Origin: Selaginella moellendorffii
Lineage: Eukaryota; Plantae; Lycopodiophyta
Length of the DNA: 64,000 nt
Reading direction: 5' to 3'
NCBI RefSeq assembly: GCF_000143415.4
Contig: NW_003314369.1
Span: forward strand, 502,006-566,005
The notes under the pieces are model-generated. The model was not told where the DNA came from, ran no database searches, and saw only the letters and a list, made by a program, of their open reading frames with translations. How positions within the stretch are numbered: the stretch's first letter is position 1; each line of letters opens with the position of its first letter. A program made the translations under genes and the position numbers. Below are positions 62,862 through 64,000 of this stretch, piece after piece.

Positions 62862-64000
62862 GTGTTGGTGGAAGCCATTTTATAGAGGTTGGAGAATCTG
62901 CAAATGTGCCCAAGAGCTCAATAATTTTGAAGGAATCATTAGATCATCAGCCTATGGTATCATGTTTTTGTGCGTCTCTTCCCTGTTTGATAATGTTATT
63001 TTACTTCTTTCCAGGAGAATGGCAGCTACAACACACCAAAGTTGCTGGAGCTTAAACAAGAGCTTGAGGTGGCTTTAGCATCACGCTAAGATGAAATAGC
63101 ATGTACAGCTATGACTGGTCGAATATAAAGAAACCCTTAGCTTTTATGAATTGCTTTAATGGCAAGGAGCTTATGCAGCATGATAGTTCATGGCAGAATG
63201 AAATAGAGGCACTCCAGGTTTGGCATTCTTGTTGGATGTCTCTATGCTTCTCTCTGAAAGTGATGAAAAGAATGAGATTGCTACGCTCCAGGTCGTGTCA
63301 GTGCTGCTGTTGTCCACCAGCAATGACATTCCCACCAGTGTTGCTTGCGGCAAGATCAAGATCATCGTTGAGTTTTAGGCAAATTGATGAAGATGCCTGG
63401 AAAATGAGAGATGAAAACAAGAATAGAAAGAAAAAAAAGAACCAAAAAGGCTCTGGAAATATCTGTATAGCTGAGGGCAGAGGCTCTGTATAGCTGTGAG
63501 AAGATGCTCTGGAAATGGTTGATTAGAAACTTAAGTCTCATGATTAGAATCTTGGAGGGGTCAGGAAAACTTCCTAGCAGAGAGTAGAATTTTAAACCTT
63601 GGGAGAAAAGAAAGCTTGAATGACAAAAGCAAAGTACCTTGAGCATGTTGCATTGCATAAAATCTTGTCTTGGCTTCTTAAGACAGGAGGACATTGTGCA
63701 CATCCAAAATGTTCAAGTCATGTCAAAAGTGTTTCTAAGAAGGATTTTCAAATAGAGACAGACTTGGATAGGACATTTAGATTCATACCTTGTCAAGATG
63801 CTCTCCATGTGCTTGAAAAAACTTTGGGAGGATGTAATGAGAAGGATTCCAAGCTGATGGCATTACTTGCATGTGCTTCTTGATGGCTTACAATCACTGG
63901 CCATCGAGTGACAAGGAGTGGAAGAATTGGTGACAAAATAAATGGAAAGTGTGCATTTCAATGTAAACCTTATTGTTTAATCATTTTCTGCAAAAGAATT

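Larger units (their letters stand above)
59185..63490 (+). pseudogene. Kelch-repeat ACBP4/5-like pseudogene interrupted by the hAT element
   Basis: Kelch pieces: VLNLRTLTWSKVE, PPCAGHSL, VFDIQTFTW..TYG, GQSVSLIG and MFGGEDSNRCLLNDLNICDLETMTW. After the hAT come coiled-coil remnants (ELEVALAS, EIATLQ) and QKGSGNICIA, resembling the ACBP4-type C-terminal GSGGVW tail. Many lesions. Confidence 0.65.

Noticed and set aside
63620-63883. 87-aa ORF at the end of the window
   Set aside because: No recognisable domain or gene structure.

Overview
Eukaryotic land-plant DNA with very short (~50 nt) GT-AG introns and tight gene spacing. An axonemal dynein heavy chain lies alongside PLS-class PPR, Dof and GARP genes, which points to a flagellate-sperm plant, most likely the lycophyte Selaginella (inference). 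There are four zones. (1) 1-20.4 kb, conserved core genes: the 5' part of an inner-arm I1-beta/DNAH2-type dynein, a PAS-Raf (B2) kinase, a BPI/LBP protein, a receiver+GARP+GCT-box factor (APRR2/GLK-like) and a CDF-type Dof factor. (2) 21-34 kb, AT-rich nested LTR/TE debris with a GAGATGGAGTCC satellite and a 100-N gap. (3) 34.9-36.8 kb, a PRD3/PAIR1-like gene and an Aha1-N gene. (4) 37-64 kb, a fast-turnover accessory island. It holds a decayed Crinkler-like NTPase-nuclease, an LSMT fragment, a family of small secreted Cys/Trp/Arg-rich peptide genes (one intact, three decayed), PPR genes and pseudogenes, a pogo-like transposase relic, an Arb2/FAM172A-like gene, a short PARP/SRO-like ART domain, a segmental duplication with reciprocal gene loss, and an ACBP4/5 pseudogene split by a hAT element. 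The best candidate for something undescribed is the secreted peptide built from tandem C-x10-C 'CQxGWxWxxNxC' repeats. All family assignments come from motif recognition by eye; no database searches were run.
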